Below are positions 62,995 through 64,000 of a stretch of DNA of 64,000 bases, piece by piece. Each line of letters starts with the position of its first letter. Position 1 is the stretch's first letter. A program made the position numbers and the translations under genes. The notes under the pieces are model-generated. The model saw nothing but the letters and a program-made list of their open reading frames with translations. It had not been told where the DNA came from and ran no database searches. This DNA is from Podarcis vaucheri (lineage: Eukaryota). The stretch lies in NCBI GenBank assembly GCA_965113315.1, contig OZ220367.1. One strand, written 5' to 3'.

Positions 62995-64000
62995 CCTAGA
63001 TACTTCTGTTCCAGGTGAATAAATATGGAGAGAAACTGGAAGGTTGTGACATTCATCACACTAGCCCCACACAGACCCCTGATGCAATGTATGGGAAAAG
63101 GAGCAAGTATAGTAGGAACCAGTGGGGGAGACTGGCAAGGGGGAATGTACACAGGATATGCCTACTGGCAAAGCAACCTTCAGTGTGCAGGCAGGTTCTC
63201 TACAAAAACTCTGCTACCCACTTCTTCCACAGGTTTCTTATTGCATTCTTATACTGAGTCACTTACTGGAGCTTTTAAACAAACATACAAACAAACAAAC
63301 AAACAGACCAGGAACATCTCATTCTTGGAATTTACATTTCTGCATCATAAAAACTGATTTAAGACCAAAACAGCAAATAATGGGCCCTCTCAGAATTCAT
63401 ATTATGCTGTTCACAAAAATAAGGAGACTAAATATTTTCTCTGTTGGGAGTATGTGTGCTTTGAAGATTATGGTTTAATCCCTTCCCAATCCTCTTTGGA
63501 GCACTGTTGTAGATTTTGTTGTTATTTTTACACACAAGTTCTGATCATGAATCAGGATCATGCCTTATGGGAGAGAGAATAACTGCTATAAAAGAACCAG
63601 CCAAGGATGTCATCTGACTGAGAAGCACTGGTACTTGATTAGGCTAAGCAAAGATAATATACACAGCTTTCCCAGCTCAGAAATTCCTTTTAATGTAAAA
63701 ATAAGCCTATAATCATTTATGAACAGAGCGGGTCATCTGTGTGCTACCTGTTTTTTCCCTCTTCATGCAAACTTACCTTTTCATACCTAATATAGACAAG
63801 ACTGAATAGGATGGGGAGGGAGGAGGGGGAACAGGATGAACCCACAAACACAATAGCTTATGTAGACATACCCACAAGCAAATAACTAACTGTGACAAAT
63901 GTCTGGCTTACACTAACAGAAGTCAGGAAATGGCTGGATAGCACTAAAGCTGTTTTTAATTTAGCCTAGCATGCCTATGTCTCAAGGCACATATGGTAGG

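Overview
Vertebrate genomic DNA, almost certainly from a squamate and probably a lacertid lizard (inferred from Sauria SINE, Squam3-type SINE, a tRNA-Lys/CR1-tail SINE and BovB). One protein-coding gene can be reconstructed: an 11-exon SLC22A15-like organic cation/zwitterion transporter on the minus strand. Its ATG is at 61601 in a CpG island and its stop at 41589-41591, giving a 1461-nt CDS (486 aa) with a GC-AG intron 2. Bases 1-41500 show no supportable coding gene and are dense in transposable elements. These include a full-length BovB LINE with one frameshift nested in an old CR1, a Penelope-like fold-back carrying hammerhead-ribozyme motifs around a G-quadruplex loop, RTE/L2/CR1 fragments, a deleted Copia-like element, SINEs and several MITE families. 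A few TE-free, homeodomain-motif-rich stretches may be enhancers. I found no convincing wholly new system; the best leads are the Penelope ribozyme hairpin, the divergent SLC22A15 paralog, and inverted TE ends that bracket its exons. Repeat family names come from recognition of sequence motifs, not database searches.
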